A stretch of 64,000 bases of DNA, from assembly GCF_009914755.1 (NCBI RefSeq), contig NC_060928.1, one strand, 5' to 3'. Of this stretch, positions 16,031 through 31,397 are shown one piece after another. This DNA is from the human T2T-CHM13v2.0 reference genome, Homo sapiens. The position numbers and the translations under genes are program-made. How positions within the stretch are numbered: the stretch's first letter is position 1; the number at the start of each line of letters is the position of its first letter. The notes below the pieces were generated by a model. It did no database searches and was not told where the DNA came from. It saw nothing but the letters and a program-made list of their open reading frames with translations.

Positions 16031-17086
16031 TAAACCCTAATAAACATGGAGATCTCTGTGGTTTAGCTCTTATATAACATCACATTACACTATTTAAAGC
16101 AAGTTTTGTTCTTTACTCCGGTTTCTCATGGGATGTTATAGAACTTGGTTCATATGGCCTGTAATGTACTTCTTACGCAATTTTTTCTCTTTCTCAATTA
16201 TCTATAGCACAGGTTCTCTCCAACCTTTCGTTCTCCAAAACTCCCTCCCTACATCAGCTTTCTCCACTCCCTGTAAGTCCAAGCCTTCCCCATTTCTTCC
16301 AACTCTTCATGGTGTTGACTGGAGTGACCTCTTCCAATGAGGTCTTTCCTACGCCAGACTGTCAAGCTTGGTCCTTCTCTGTCTGATCTCTGGCATCTCA
16401 AAATCCAGGACTCTCTCTGGTCATATAGACACACATCTTCATTTAACTTGCGTGAGAGAAAGATGTCTGAAATGAACCAGTTAAATTGTGTACTTGAGAA
16501 ACGTACCCTTAAAGATAATGAGCCATTTCTTAAAAGCGTTCACCTAATCTTAAGAAAGGAGGTAGCCATCTCTAAGCCATCATCTATATGTGTGTTATCC
16601 TCTTATTTTTGGAATGACACATCTATGTTACTTGATGACTACAAATAGATATTATGGATTGGAAATTTCACTTTTTAAGTCTGAATAATAAACATTCAGG
16701 ATGTGACTATGAAACTGATGCATTTATCAATGATTTAATTCTGTGGTTTGCGGGAGTCAAGATTACATGTTCCGGAAAAGCCCAAAGTTTGTGGATATCT
16801 CACCCTTTAAGTGATACAGTATTTTACAGTAAAATGATTGTTTTTATCAATAGTTGATGCCTAGCATGCTCCCTTTATATCGAACGCTTCTGACATTGGC
16901 AAAGCTTGGACATATTCTGAGCAAGAGGCTCCATTTTCATTTTGTGTGAATTTTTGGTTTGTATTTTCTACCATCACTAGTCACAGAAGCCACTCAGCCT
17001 TCCCTTCTTCTCAACTGCATCCTTTGATCAACACTACCCACAATTATAGATACTGTCCCATCTATGCCTGTCTGCCTCATTAATTC

Positions 17087-17385
17087 TATTTATTTATTTA
17101 TTTATTTTTAGAGACACAGTCTCTGTCACTCAGACTAAAGTGCAGTGGCGTGATCATAGCTCAGTGCAGCTTCACGCATCTACGCACAGGTGACCTCCAG
17201 GCCACTGTGTGGCTAGGAGTACAGGTTTGTGCCACTGTGCCCAAGTTATTTAATTAATTTGTTTTTTAAGAAACAGGGTCTCACTATGTTGCTTAGGTTG
17301 GTCCTGAATTCCTGGCCTCAAGTTATCCTCCTGCCTCAGCCTCCCAAAGTGCTGGAATTACAGGTATGAGCTACCATGCCTGGCC
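17087..17385 (-). mobile_element. AluJ (diverged)
   Basis: (ttta)n tail, gatcatagctca, cagggtctcactatgttg. Confidence 0.88.
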
Positions 17386-18205
17386 ACCTCATTCTTTTCT
17401 CAAAAATATCAGTTTTTTATTTTACTTTGTCCATTTATGTTTCTTACACAGTATTTATGTCTTATGCTTTTGTATGTCTTATAAAAAGGTCTCAATTTTA
17501 TTTGAGTTTTCCACATTTGAATGCTTATAACTTCTGTTTTCTTTGCAAATCTATAGGATGTCATCGTTATATTTGGGTTGTATTTTGTTTCACTTTTTTA
17601 CTGGGTTATCTTCTTATCACTGTGATTATTTATCTCAGGCACAATGAATTTTACTGACCTTCAATATTATACCAAAGAATTAATAAGATAAGGTATGTAT
17701 TGATATCTGATTCTTAGAGACTGAACTGAGACTCTAAAGAAACTAGTTAACAAAAATGGTTTGATAGGATAGCTGCCAAATTTACATGATAAACACTCTG
17801 GTAAGGTTCCCATGTCATTCCTAATGTCACTATATATATGAGGCCAATGGAGATGAAGGAATAGGCAGAATGAGAAAAAAGGCAGTGCTGTGATAGTAAT
17901 CAGAATAGTATGATGTAAGGATATACAGCTTATTATACGAGGAGTATTTTCAGATTGCCCCCCACTCCTAGCTTACCAAAAAGCATCTTATAGTTGCAAT
18001 TCTCCTTTCCTTTCCTTCTTTCTCTCTCCTTAAGATGTTGCACTTAAATATATAAAATACAAAAAAAAAATACGTACACACATATCCACACACATCTTAT
18101 TCTAGGAGATTAAATAAAAACCTACATGTATACATATCAGACTTATATGCATATATGTATTTGGATATGTGTATAGTATACTCTGAAGATGAGAAATAAA
18201 ATGCA

Positions 18206-18336
18206 GGATGGGCGTGGTGGTTCACGCCTGTAATTTCAGCAATTTAGGAGGCCGAGGTGGGAAGATTGCTTGAGCTCAGGAATTCAAGACCGGCCTGGGC
18301 AACATGGCGGAACCCCGTTTCCACACACACAAAAAA

Positions 18337-18379
<43 letters not shown>

Positions 18380-18535
18380 TGGGTGTGGTGGCACACATCT
18401 GTAGTCCCAGCTACTTGGGAGGCTGAGCACTCCAGCCTGGGTGAGAAAGCAAGACCCTGGGAAAAAAAAAAAAAAAAAAAAGGAAAGAGAGAGAGAGAAA
18501 GAGAGAAAGAAAAAGAAAGAAAGAAAGAAAGAAAG
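18206..18535 (+). mobile_element. AluJ with internal (TA)n, right-arm deletion and (GA)/(GAAA) tail
   Basis: Junction gggaggctgag|cactccagcc; TSD aaaatgca. Confidence 0.88.
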
Positions 18536-19069
18536 AAAAAATGCAAAGAGCCACTCTTTTAAGCTATTCTCCAATAGATTAAGAGAATGAGAAAAAAATA
18601 AGCTGTTAAGCTTTTTGGAGGTGATATAGTTTGAAAGTGAAGAAATATCTACTTTCAATGCTAGATTTCAGCTTTACATTTATAAGTTCCTCAGAAATTA
18701 TCTGAAAGTTTTGTATTCCTGCACACTTAGAAGGCATATGAAACAAAAAAGGTAAAGATAGAAAAAGCTACCCTGCTTCAAAATAATCAGTTCTTTCTGT
18801 GGGTTAAAAACTACTAATATATTTGGCTTATATATTTGGTGTATCAATACTTTTCACCCATATATAATAAAATTCATTTCCAATCTTTGACTACATTATC
18901 AAAATGTTTTAATTAATTGACTATGAGCTGACATTTTCCTAGAAGAAATATCAATTTTTACATAACAGTCCATCCAGGAAAAAAATGAAAAAAAAACCTC
19001 TATAATTTCAACTTTTACATTCTTGAAAGTATGAGCATACTAAGAATTTGGTACTTTAATGATATACCA

Positions 19070-19315
19070 TTAATAATAATAAGAGGTGCTATTTACAGAG
19101 CTCTTACTAGGCACCATGTTAAGTGCTTTCCAAGAAGAATTTTCTTTAGTATTCACAACAGTCTAATGAAGGAGACACCATTATTTTCTCTCTTTTACAG
19201 ATGAGGTAACTGAGATTTAGAGAGGTGAACTTATGTGGCTGAGGTCTATTATCTCTAGTAAATGACAGAGCCAGAAATTGAATCTAGGTATGGGTAACTC
19301 CAAACACCACACTCT
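19070..19315 (-). mobile_element. MIR SINE
   Basis: ttttacagatgaggtaactgag core. Confidence 0.7.
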
Positions 19316-19735
19316 TAAACTTTTCTTTATATTACCAACATTTTAAAAGACTTCTCCAAGTGCTAATCCTGGCTTACTGTATTAGCTTTCGTAATCTTTG
19401 ACATTAATATTGGTCAAAAGCTATATGATAACTGTTTGTTGCAGGGAGGTAGAGGTAGTGACTAAGAAATTAGTACAACAGCACTCACTAAAATATTAAT
19501 ATATATTCACTTTCAAATTGCTTAGTTATGACTTTAACACGTTAAAAACAAGATAGTAAATATTTGTTGAATGTGCCAGGTGCAAGGGAGTTACAGAACT
19601 GAACAGGGATAAAGACTTCATGTTCAGGCCCTTAGAACAGCATTGAAGACACACTTCTGAACTCTGGAATGCTGTGATTTCTATGTCACATGTCAACCAT
19701 TTAACAAATAAGTTCCTTCCCTCCTTCTCCCTAGA

Positions 19736-19956
19736 ACAGGGGTTAGTAAAATACACTCCATGGAGTAAACTTGACACACTGCTTATATTTGTAAATAAAT
19801 CTTTTTAGAACAAACCACATCCACTCATTTCCTTATCATCTGTAGTTTCATTCATCCTACAATGACAGAGTTGAGTAGTTGTGACCGTGACTATACGACT
19901 GCAAAGTTTAAAATTTCTACCATGGAGCCCACTATAGAAAATGTTTGCCAACCCCT
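19736..19956. mobile_element. MER58A hAT-Charlie MITE
   Basis: caggggttagtaaa...gacagagttgagtagttgtgac...tttgccaacccct, with terminal inverted repeats. Confidence 0.8.
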
Positions 19957-21519
19957 CCACTTAATCTGGATAAGAATCTTCTTAAAGATAATCTCTATAT
20001 ACAGCACACATCTTTGATAGCTAAGCTTATAGAAAAATCCTGAATATTCTCCAGCCTCCTAAGGAGAAATGAGTTCTTTCCCCCTAAAATTGTCCATTCT
20101 ATTGGTGTGTTAAAAAAATCAAATTATCAGTGACCAAATTATTTAAATCAAGTTGGTACTACATTATTTCAAGATCACTGGGAATTTTGATTATGCTATA
20201 GGGCTCTGTAACTGGCAGTTTTCACGGTTGATTTTATGGTTTTCAACTAAAATAATAAGAGACACTGAAGACTTGCTATAATTCATTGTTTTACATTTGC
20301 TTTCTTATTAGATTTGGTTTGTTTTCAAAAGGGCCTTTACCATCATTTTCTTTCCTTTTCTAGCTGAAGCAAGGATTATAAAAATGAACCAAATCAGATC
20401 AATTCATATAGTAAAGTTACCAACATTTCTAAAGAACTAAAATAAAAAATAAAACCGTGACTCCCTAGGCAAAATACTTTCAAATAACATAGAAGTTTAC
20501 AGTCAAAAGAAGCAAGTGAATTATTTGCCTTGAGACAACAACCCACTCCCCAATCATGTACATTTTCTGTTTTCGATGAATGGTTTCTACTTTCATCATC
20601 ATTCACATGATGATCTAAAAAGAAAGGACTGAGGCAATAATAAAACGGGACCTACAGGAATTGAAGGAAAATCCAATACTACTTACATTAATATAGAATT
20701 CCTCATACAAACTCCTTCCCCAAATAAATTGCAGGTATAGCAGAATATAATATACTGCCAAACATAGCATGTAATATTATGATGACAAACATAAACTCTC
20801 CCCATGGCCTCAGGTAATCAAGCACACTATAGCTTCAAAAAAAGATTATGGTCATAACATTTGCCAACGTTTCTCATGAGAAGTCTCTCCTGCCTTCTTT
20901 AGTCAAACTGGGGCCAACACTTTCATTACATTCATTCTCCGAGTCAGAAACTTTGCAAGGCACTGTGCAAGATTTTTTGAGGACATCTTCTCAGAAAAAT
21001 CGAGGAGGTTTTATGTCCATTTTACAGGAAACTAAGGTTCAGAGACTTTTAAATGTGTTCCCTCGGATGATTTAACTAGTGTGTGAGAGAGAACATATTC
21101 TAACACCAGTTTTCATAGCTTCATGTCCAAAGCACTTTTATCATTACATAAGCAATAGAAGGTATTTGACACGTAATTTTTTTAAATTTATGTTAAAATC
21201 GTCAAGGAATAAAAATAAAGCTCTAAAATAGATTGATAAATGTGCTGCAGTAGACAAGACCCCGTTGAATTTAAAAATCACTGGTCATGTAAAACCAGTG
21301 ACCAACCTCTAGTTGCCAAAAGAGTGGCTTTGTGCCTGGCAAGAGAAAGAAGGGAAAGGGAGTTAGATTGGTGATTATAGAAATTGTGCCATGGATTTGG
21401 TATTAAAACAATACCAATTTGGGACACACAAGTCATGACATACATCACCAAGTTGTGGAGGCAGGCGGAGGCATTATTCCTCATATCTGCCCAGAACACT
21501 GCTTGGAAAATGGTGGTAA

Positions 21520-21862
<343 letters not shown>

Positions 21863-22389
21863 TAGTAGGAAAGGGATAGAGAACACAAACAGAATTCAGG
21901 GAATTTTTTTTTAAAAAAAGAATAATTTTAGGTGGGGTGCATAGGGTAGGGCACAGAAGGGGCTAAGGTCCTGAAGTTCTTCATGGGAGAAAGAATGTTT
22001 AATGAGAATGGGAATTAATATTAATATTATTCTAATTTTTCTTAACCCCAGGCTACTGAGACTGAAGTGCAGACTGTTGCCTGTCTTACAAATCAAAACC
22101 ACAGTATTTGACCACTATGCCAGGAATGTTAAAATCTGACTTTCTCCAACAAGTGAACATTTCAGTTTTTAGTGTTTTAATATTTAGTATGAATAGTGTT
22201 TTTCACTAGGATATTTAGTATTTGATAGACCTTACATGTCTTATCTCATTTACTAATCCTGAAAACCTTAGGCCTGTAGTAATATTATCCTCGCTTTACA
22301 AGGAACCAAAACTCATCGTCTCTCTGCCTCCCTTATGTTGCTTTGCAGTTTGGGGAGCATAGTTTTTGTTTTTGCTTTCCTAAATAAAG

Positions 22390-22560
22390 GTTTGTGCCTC
22401 TAAGGTAATCAGGATATGTATTTTTTATTTCCATATTGCAGATAAGAAAACAAAGGCCAAAAAATAATAAATTATTTAAAGAAATGTACATCATAATAGA
22501 AACAGATCTGGGGCTAACATCAGGTTTCCTGACTCCTGGACTGGCATTCTCTACATTGTA
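22390..22560 (-). mobile_element. MIR SINE
   Basis: tccatattgcagataagaaaac...cctgactcc. Confidence 0.55.
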
Positions 22561-23099
22561 CAACAATTACTCATTGTTATTTATCTTCAGCTTCTAGCAA
22601 CAGACATGGGAATTAATCACTCTCTGAACATGCTTTTGAAGGAAAATAATGGTTGAGTGGATGAATGGAAGGCTGACCTATTAATAAAAAAGCACAAAAA
22701 TAAAGACACGGTTCCAATAACATCTAAAAAAGATATCATACTTATCATCACATTTCCTAAACCACATTCTCTCTCAAAAATTGCACCCCAACTTTCATTC
22801 CCAGAAAACAGCCTTCCTATTCAACTGATAGAGTCAGCTTTAAAATTACTGATCCTGGAATTTTTTTAAAGGGGCTTTAAAATGGCCAATTATCACAACA
22901 GGATGGTATATTTCAAAATTTCCTTATATAAATTCCTGAACCAACCTTCCTGAAATTCTCCCAGTTCCATGTCTTCCCTAGTACTTCATTTTTGACACAA
23001 AGGTTAAAAGTAAAGGGATGAAGGCCTGCTCCAGAAGACAGACAAAGTGAATTTTAGTTCCAGTATATAGCAGGTTTTTGACGTTAGTAAAGGTAGTAA

Positions 23100-23820
23100 A
23101 CGTGCCATGCATCAAGCCGGTAAATGTCACGACATCTCTTGAGTTGCCCAAGCCAGAACACCTCCCTCTATCTCCCAATTCCTTGATCCTAATCCATTAT
23201 ACAGTCTTATTTATTTTAGCTATAAAATATATCCAAGAAGAGTCTACAACTCTCCATTCTTACTTCCTCTGTTGTCACCCAAGCTTTTATCACTTCTCAT
23301 CTAAACAACCCTCTGGGCCAGTCTTCCCACATCCAACGTGGATCCTCCCCAATATGTTCTTCACACAACATCCAAAAATCTTTGTACAATGCACTGTGAT
23401 GTGATAACACCATTACCTTCCCTAAATGTTTCAATGGCTTTCTTTCAACAATTTTCAACATTCAGCCTCTAACACTGGACCTCACCTGCCCAACCCCCAC
23501 CATTACCCTGCCCTCTATTGCTACTGGTCTTCTCTCAATGTCTCCAAAATGCTACCCTATCTGCTGTCTCAGGTCCTTTCCCTTTGCCCTTCCCACCTTT
23601 CCCCTTGTCTGTCCTTCTTACCTCTCAGTTCAATAGACACTTCCCCAGTGAAGCTTCCAGACCCCTGTTATACAAACAGGCAATTCCTGTCTCCAGAGCA
23701 CTGATTTCATTGGCAATTTTCTACTAATTAGCAAATTATCTTACTTATGTCTGTCTCTCTGAACAGAATAAAAGCTCCATGAGAACTGAGACAAAGTCTC
23801 TTTATATCCATTTTACCTCC
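23100..23820 (+). mobile_element. L2 LINE fragment (diverged)
   Basis: Pyrimidine-rich L2 3' motifs (ttcaatggctt, aagctccatgag). Confidence 0.5.
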
Positions 23821-23849
23821 AAACATAAAGTACTTGATCTCCAGGCAAA

Positions 23850-24390
23850 GATCACGGGGAATAGATCAGCAGTCAAACAAAGCCAGGCTCATTGCAACAA
23901 GGGAGAAAGCAACCACGTGGAACCATGAAGGAAAGGTCTCAGTAGAGGTTATTAAGAGGGGCTTGGTACAAGATTTGGCTTTGTGTTAGAAGATTTTGTG
24001 GAAGATTCAGACAAATCTAATTTTCCTCTCAACTGGGGACTGTGAATTGGATTTTTCTGTTGAATGCTGAAAAGCAAGGCCAATTCTATGACTGGGTATC
24101 TTAGTAGTTTTCATTTAGAAGGCAAGAAGGACAATGCAAGGCTAAAATGATGGTAAAGAAACAGCAGTCATGTTAGCTGAGCACACATGGTCATTTTCAT
24201 GGCTTGGGTTGTGTTCTTGTTTTGTTTGTGATCAGACATGATTATAGAGTGGTCTTGTTTTTGTCTCACTCCATCATGATCATACAGTGACCTTGTGTGA
24301 TGTAGATATTCTGTGAAATTATATATTTGATGAACAAACACTGAATTAGCAGTTACAACCAAGCCAGCTCAGTTGACCACAGAAATTTCA
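23850..24390. mobile_element. Old ERV LTR fragment (family not determined)
   Basis: gtggtcttgtttttgtctcactccatcatg...gaccttgtgtgatg resembles an old LTR repeat. Confidence 0.4.
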
Positions 24391-25034
24391 CTTTTTCTTT
24401 TTCCTCACTAATAAATAATCCTGTGACTTGGTTGTAGAAGTCATTCATCAAATAATTGATGAAAACCTGAATGAATAAATTTAGCCACTCTTAGCATCAG
24501 CTGCTTCATGTTTGGGGGATAACATTTCACCTGCTCAAATTAGACCAGAAAATGACTTTAAACCACTGCCACTTTAAAAACCTATAATTCTAAGATATTC
24601 AAAATTTACTTGAATATTCATATAACAGCCTATAGATATGTTATCATAAATATAAAAGGAAAACTAAGTTATAGAATTTTGTGACTTAATGAAAACTTTA
24701 TTATCTCCCTCCACACAGGCACTTACATTCCTAAACATACAATTTCATTCTGTCACATTCCACTGCCATTCCACTCACTAACAAACAATATATTGAAACC
24801 TGAAATGTTAGAACGCTAAGAACAAATTTATACAAAGCTAAGAACAAATTTATAATGTTTACCTGACAACAGAGAAATGACTACAATTCAATGGAGAAGA
24901 AAAAGACCACAAATTAAAAATATTCCTTCACTGGTTTAAGAGGTAGAGATTAGGATCTCACTGTGAGAGTTCACTCTCATTGCAGAACAGAGGGCTGAGA
25001 AGGCAGAAGGACATACAGCCTTTTGAACATCCAC

Positions 25035-25140
25035 ATGTGGTAATGGTTGCACTACTCTAGAAATCTATACAGAATCACTGGATATTACATTTGCAATGGG
25101 TGGACTTCATGGTATGTAAATTATACCTCAATAAAGCTAT
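25035..25140 (+). mobile_element. L1M extreme 3' end
   Basis: atggtatgtaaattatacctcaataaagct. Confidence 0.65.
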
Positions 25141-25178
25141 TACCAAACAAAAGTTGGTGGAACTCCATCTAGATGTAT

Positions 25179-25518
25179 TGATATGGTTGGGCTCTGTGTC
25201 TCCACCCAAATCTCATCTTGACTTGTACTCTCCATAATTCCCATGTGTTGAGGGAGGGACCTGGTGAGAGATAGTTGAATCATGGGTGCTGTTTCCCCCA
25301 GACTGCTCTGGTGCACTACCAGAGCACCACGAGATCTGATGGTTTTATAAGGGGTTTCTGCTTTCATTCTCTCTTGCCACCACCATGTAAGAAGTGCCTT
25401 TCATCCTCTGCCATGATTGTGAGGCCTCCCCAGCCGTGTGGAACTGTGAGTCCATTAAACATTTTTCTTCCCAGTCTCGGGTATATCTTTATCAGCAGCA
25501 TGAAAATGGACTAATACC
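25179..25518 (+). mobile_element. THE1 (A/B-like) solo LTR
   Basis: tgatatggtt...ggactaatac; 5-bp TSD tgtat at 25174 and 25519. Confidence 0.9.
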
Positions 25519-26724
25519 TGTATGTCCACCTAACAGGAACCCGAGGCTGTTTACCAAATATCCTGCAGTCTCACTCTTTAAAACACCTTCATCTGTAATA
25601 TCTCTATACTCTCTGCCTCCATGAATTTTCCCCTCTATGGAAGATTTATCAAGCAAAATGGGAGTGGAAAATCTCACCCTTCCAGCTACACCCTTCCTGA
25701 GCCCTGGCCAGTAAGCAAGTTCATCTCACTTGAACACTTGAACCATCCAGACTGTGGACTTCATATCCAAAGGCCCTGTGCTTGGCAGGGCATGATACAG
25801 GTGTGGCACATATTAAGCAACTCAGTAACTCATAGTAGTGGTGTTAAGAATTAGGCATGATGAAATGAATGTGTCAAGAATGTAGGTTACAAATGGAGCT
25901 GCTTTTCCTTTAGGAATTTTCTGTTTAGATGGACACATCAATTGTATCCTGGTTTTCTTCTGACATATAAAATAGGAGACAAGTGACACTAATAAAACAG
26001 CATGGTAGTTAAGGGTTTTTTCTGCCTTTCATATGCTTAAATGTTACCAAAACATTATATACTCTGGACCTCTTCCAAACGAAGCTGCATTAGAGGCTTC
26101 AGGTCAATGTTTTTTAAGGTACAGTCCCACAAAAGTTAAGGTGGGACAATAAAATACATACATTGTGTCATGTAGCATCACAGGGTGTTATTCAGTACAA
26201 TATAGCACCCCATATAGTATTTAGTTACTACTTGCCTGAAAAGAACATCTATGTCTTTCCATCTTGCCGTTTACAATTCTGTATTTATTTGAATTATTTC
26301 AACAGTGACCTGTAGTTATTACATTAATGTTACTTGTGTACTCAGAAGTAAAAAAGTGTGAGAAAATTGTACTAAAAATTTGTCACCAAGGCCAGCAAAA
26401 ATTACTTTTATATAGAAGAATCTTGTTACAACCTATGCAAAAGAGGGAGATGACTGATTAATATTTTAGTTATACTCTTTCAATAAATATGTAGACTACC
26501 TGTCACATTTCAGGCACTGTATTCAGCACTGAAATACAACTGTGCATAAATGCACACTATTAACTTCTCAAAGTTCATGACCTATTGGGTTAGACATTAA
26601 ACAAGTAATTATTTTTTTAAAAAAACAAATCAGAAGTTGAAAGGGAAAACATATGAGAAGTATCAAATATGCATGGCTAAAGTATTTTTCCATGAAGATG
26701 AATAGGAATCTATAGACATTAAAA

Positions 26725-27254
26725 GAGCAGTTCCCAACCTTTTCAGCACCAGGGATCGGTTTAGTGGAATACAGTTTTTCTACAGACAAGGAGGGTTGGA
26801 TGGGATAGTTTTGGGATGATTCAAGCACATTATATTTATTGCACTTTATTTCTATTATTATTACATTATACTATACGATGAAACAATCATACCACTCACC
26901 ATAATGTAGAATCAGTGGGAGCCCTGAGCTTGTTTTCCTGCAACTAGATGGTCCCACCTTGAGGTGATGAGAGACAGTGACAGATCATCAGGCATTAGAT
27001 TCTCATAAGGAGCATGCAACCTAGAGCCCTTCACATGCACAGTTCACACTAGGGTTCATGTGTCTATGAGAATTTAATGCTGCCACTAATCTGACAGAAG
27101 GTGGTGCTCAGGAGGTAATGCAAGCAATGAGGAGCAGCTGTAAATACAGACAAAGCTTCGCTTGCTCACTGACACTCATCTCCTGCTGTGCTGCCTGATT
27201 CCTAACAGACCACAGACTGCGACTCGTCCATGGCCTGAGGGTTGGGGACCCCTG
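26725..27254. mobile_element. MER1A hAT-Charlie element, full length
   Basis: About 530 bp with terminal inverted repeats and a perfect 8-bp TSD cattaaaa at 26717 and 27255. Confidence 0.9.
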
Positions 27255-28155
27255 CATTAAAAGTCCAATTCTGTCCTGCATCTGGTAATTTACACATCTC
27301 CATGAAGGCCAGCTACCTGATGGCATGTGTGTTAATACATGGCCATCTAATCTGTGAATCTATAAGAAGGATGAGGGGTCACTCAATCTAGGGCAGCTTG
27401 CCATGCATATCAATAAATTAAATTATGGTTACCTATATAATCAATACACGTTAATGGCTACTTATTGATTCATCAACAACTTATTCTTTCGAGTTCTGAA
27501 AACACATGAGTTGTTCCCAGAAAACATGTTAATAACCTGTGGCTTAAGGTTGATGAGAACATTCCACAATGTGTCATGACAATACTGCATTAGTGTCAGT
27601 GTTCCTTCATTGCCCGATTGGAATTAAAATTCTCTATTACTCAGCAGTCCACTTAATGGGACAAAATTTCTGACCTATCTAATCCTCATTACACATAAAA
27701 CTAATTGCATCCATGAGTTACTGAAATAAAATTTAGATCCTCATGCATCATCAATCAAGGGTAAATTTAGCAAATTGAAGCCTTTCTTCAATATTGCTTC
27801 TGTAACTAAGTAATATATATGTAAAACTTTACGTAAAATTTAGGAATAAAACTGGAGGAATAAATATTTCCCTAAAAGCTAGGTTTACATTGAGTATGAC
27901 TGGCCAAGGTGTTTGGTAAGTTAAATAAATAAATAAAAATTGTATTAACGTTAACATATATGCATACATTAAATTACAAAGAAAATTATTTCACTCAGAA
28001 TGTATAGTTTTGACATATGTATATCATATATCATAGGGTAGAAAGGATAATACTTAGTGGTTTCTGGACTTGAGATATAGTTTTGATATTGTCACATCCC
28101 AACATGGAATAGGAATCTGCTTTAGTCTCCCTTCTTCCTTAGATCATAGTTAATA

Positions 28156-28595
28156 CAGTTGATCCTTGAACACACAAATTTGAACTGCATGAGTGCATTT
28201 ATACATAGATTTTCTTCCTCTTCTGCCACACCTTAGATAGGAAGACCAATCCTTTCTTCTCTTCTTCCTCCTCCTCAGCCTACTCGACATGAAATCAGTG
28301 AGAATGAAGACCTCTATTATGATCCACTTCCACTTAATAAATAGTAAATATATATTATTTTATGATCATCTTAATATTTTCTTTTCTGTATCTTACTTCA
28401 TTGTAAGAATACAGTATATAAAACACATAACATACAGAATATGTGTTAATTAACTGTTTATGTCATCTGCAAAGCTTCCAGTCAACAGTAGACTATTAGT
28501 AGTTAAGTTTTGAGGGGGAGTCAAAACTTATATATGGATTTTTGCCTACATTGGGGATTGGCACCACTAACTCCTACATTGTTCAAGGTAAACTG
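28156..28595. mobile_element. Tigger2a (MER28) TcMar element
   Basis: Inverted termini cagttgatccttgaaca / tgttcaaggtaaactg, TA TSD, 440 bp. Confidence 0.88.
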
Positions 28596-28952
28596 TATAT
28601 GCAATGGATGGCTAGCCTTAAATGATGTGTGAGGAACACGTTAATGATAACATTCAAATTTTAGAATTCTCTCCAGGTTTATTCTCTTTCATGAACATGA
28701 TTCCATTAGCTCCAAATCTATAATTTTGGGGATGATTCCTTTGTCTAATCTGCACTCAGCACTAGAAGAGAGGAGCTACAAAAGCTCTACTAGAGCTCTC
28801 AAGGAGAGAGTGGCTCTGAGAAGAAACTCTCCAAGATGGAGAATTCCTGACACACCATGCCAGGCTTCACAGCTCAAAGATTTCAAAAAATACATGTTTT
28901 CTCAGAAGAGCAATAAAGTCCATGATAAATTGCTCTGGATTTGAAAGCATTT

Positions 28953-29462
28953 TGTGATGGTTAATTTTATGTCTCAACTTGACTGGGCTGTGGGATACCC
29001 AAATAGCTGGTAAAACGCTATTTCTGGGTGTGTCTGTGAGGGTGTTTCCAGAAGACATTAGCATTTGAGTAAGTAGACTATGTAAAGAAGATCAGATTCA
29101 CCAATGTGGGTAGGCATTAATCATTCCATTAAGGGCTCAAATAGGACAAAAAGGTGGAGGAAGGGCAAATTCACTTTCTATCTTGAGCTGAGACATCCAT
29201 CTTCTCCTGCTCTTGGACACCACAGCTCCTCATTATCAAGCCTTCAGACTCAAAGGCTCACCCCAGTGCCGCTAACCCCTACCTCGGTTCTCAGGCCTTT
29301 GATTCAAATTGAATTACACCACTGGACTTCCAGGTTCTCCAGCTTGCAGATGGCAGACTGTGGAATTTCTCAGCCTCCATAATACGTGATCTAATTCCCA
29401 TAATGCATAAATTAAACACATACACACACTATTAGTTTTATTTCTCTGGAGAACCCTAATAT
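28953..29462 (+). mobile_element. MLT2B-like ERVL solo LTR
   Basis: tgtgatggttaattttatgt...gggtgtgtctgtgagggtgtttcc...ctggagaaccct. Confidence 0.85.
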
Positions 29463-30333
29463 GCATATGTTCACCTAAAACATGTTTAATGTAGGTATCT
29501 CATCTTTCCAGGCTTCATCATGCATACCTGGGCAGTTATCTAGTGTAGTGCATGATACAAGAAACTAATGGTATTATTTTGCATATACCTAATAGATTTA
29601 CAGTGTCTACAGTTTCCTTACTTATTTAAACCACAGGAAGTTTAATTCTTTTTTGTTATTTAACTCTACACATGAACTTTACACACTTCAAATGCTACTC
29701 TAATGATTTGCATTTTCAATCATAAGTTTATTTAATTTGTAGAGCATCTCTGACAGGTCAGACTTATATTAGCCTTTTACGATTCACAAGGGAATTAATG
29801 AGACCAGGGTCCTGCCTGTTTAGAACTGACATCCTAGAAAGAAGTAAGGCATTAATCCAATTATCATGAAGATCATGTAATTGCCTCCTATGCTTAGAAT
29901 GCATGTCATTCTTTTAAGGTATGGTAAATGGCAGCAACCTTTTTACAAGCAAAGACTCCAGAGTCTGCATTCAGACAGCTCACTGGGAAAAGCCAAGGTT
30001 AGATCACCAAGTGGACAGAGAAAGACACCATGAAGGTTGAACAAGAGGGGACTGAGACCAATGGAGACTGCTGAGCCTGTTAGGAAAGGAGGATGAAGAT
30101 AAAAAGAAAAGAATCATTTAATACCACATATCTGCTATGTGATCTCATTATCCTATCAAGTACATAAAACAAGAACGATGCATAGAAATATTCAATAGCA
30201 TAAAATCATAAAACTGGTAAGAGATTACAACTCCAAGAAGTGTGATCTCTCTTCAAAATCTTTGTCAACTCCTCCTTCCCCCAACCCTCCCACCTTCTTT
30301 TTGCCCAAACCTCTTAAAAATCAGAGAGAATTT

Positions 30334-30649
<316 letters not shown>

Positions 30650-31397
30650 CTAGTACCCACAGATTTTTTTATGAGAAGGAAGAACTATTATTAGAGATGA
30701 CTGGCCTATTGCTAGGCTAGTGTATTCCCCAAAGAGAGGCAATGGATTCCCTTATACATCAAACACCAAAGACAAAAAAACTCTTGAGTAACAGTCTGAA
30801 TGAGGTAAACAAATTCAGAAAGCTGTGCTCATTGCAAAATGGGGAAGGGAAATACAGGTTTTGTTATCTTTTAATACCAACAATTAAGTTAACATGAAAA
30901 TTTTTTTTAGTGCCAACATATTCCATTCCCACTTTACTCTTACTATAAGGGACAGAGTAGGCAGCATTAGTCCCACTTTAACTAACAGAGAAAGACATTT
31001 ACCACATGCTTGACTTGAGCCCTCTGGCTAGAAAACACATGGCAAAAGTAACACAAATGAGAGAATCAGGGATTTCTTAGTAAACAGCAACACATTTCAG
31101 ATTTACAATACTTTAAAAAGCAAAGATCAAACATGCTACTCAATCCTACTTGATAAGCTGCCTCCATTTCCAAGGTTAAAGATGGATAAGAGTAAAACCC
31201 AACATCTGATTATTCCATGAACTCTCTCATCCACTATTTGCCATAGGGTATACAGTACTATATAAGGATTTGGGTGGAATAGTGAAGGAATATTTTAGAC
31301 TTTAATTAAGCCATAGTTCATGTCTAAAAGAAAGCTTGTAAGCTAACAAAATGAAATAGATAACAATGTAATGTTATCCAGGTGTTTTCAATAAAAC

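Noticed and set aside
24815-24854. gctaagaacaaatttata twice (22-bp period); similar micro-duplications at 15004-15040 and 61572-61597
   Set aside because: Ordinary slippage micro-duplications with no sign of function.
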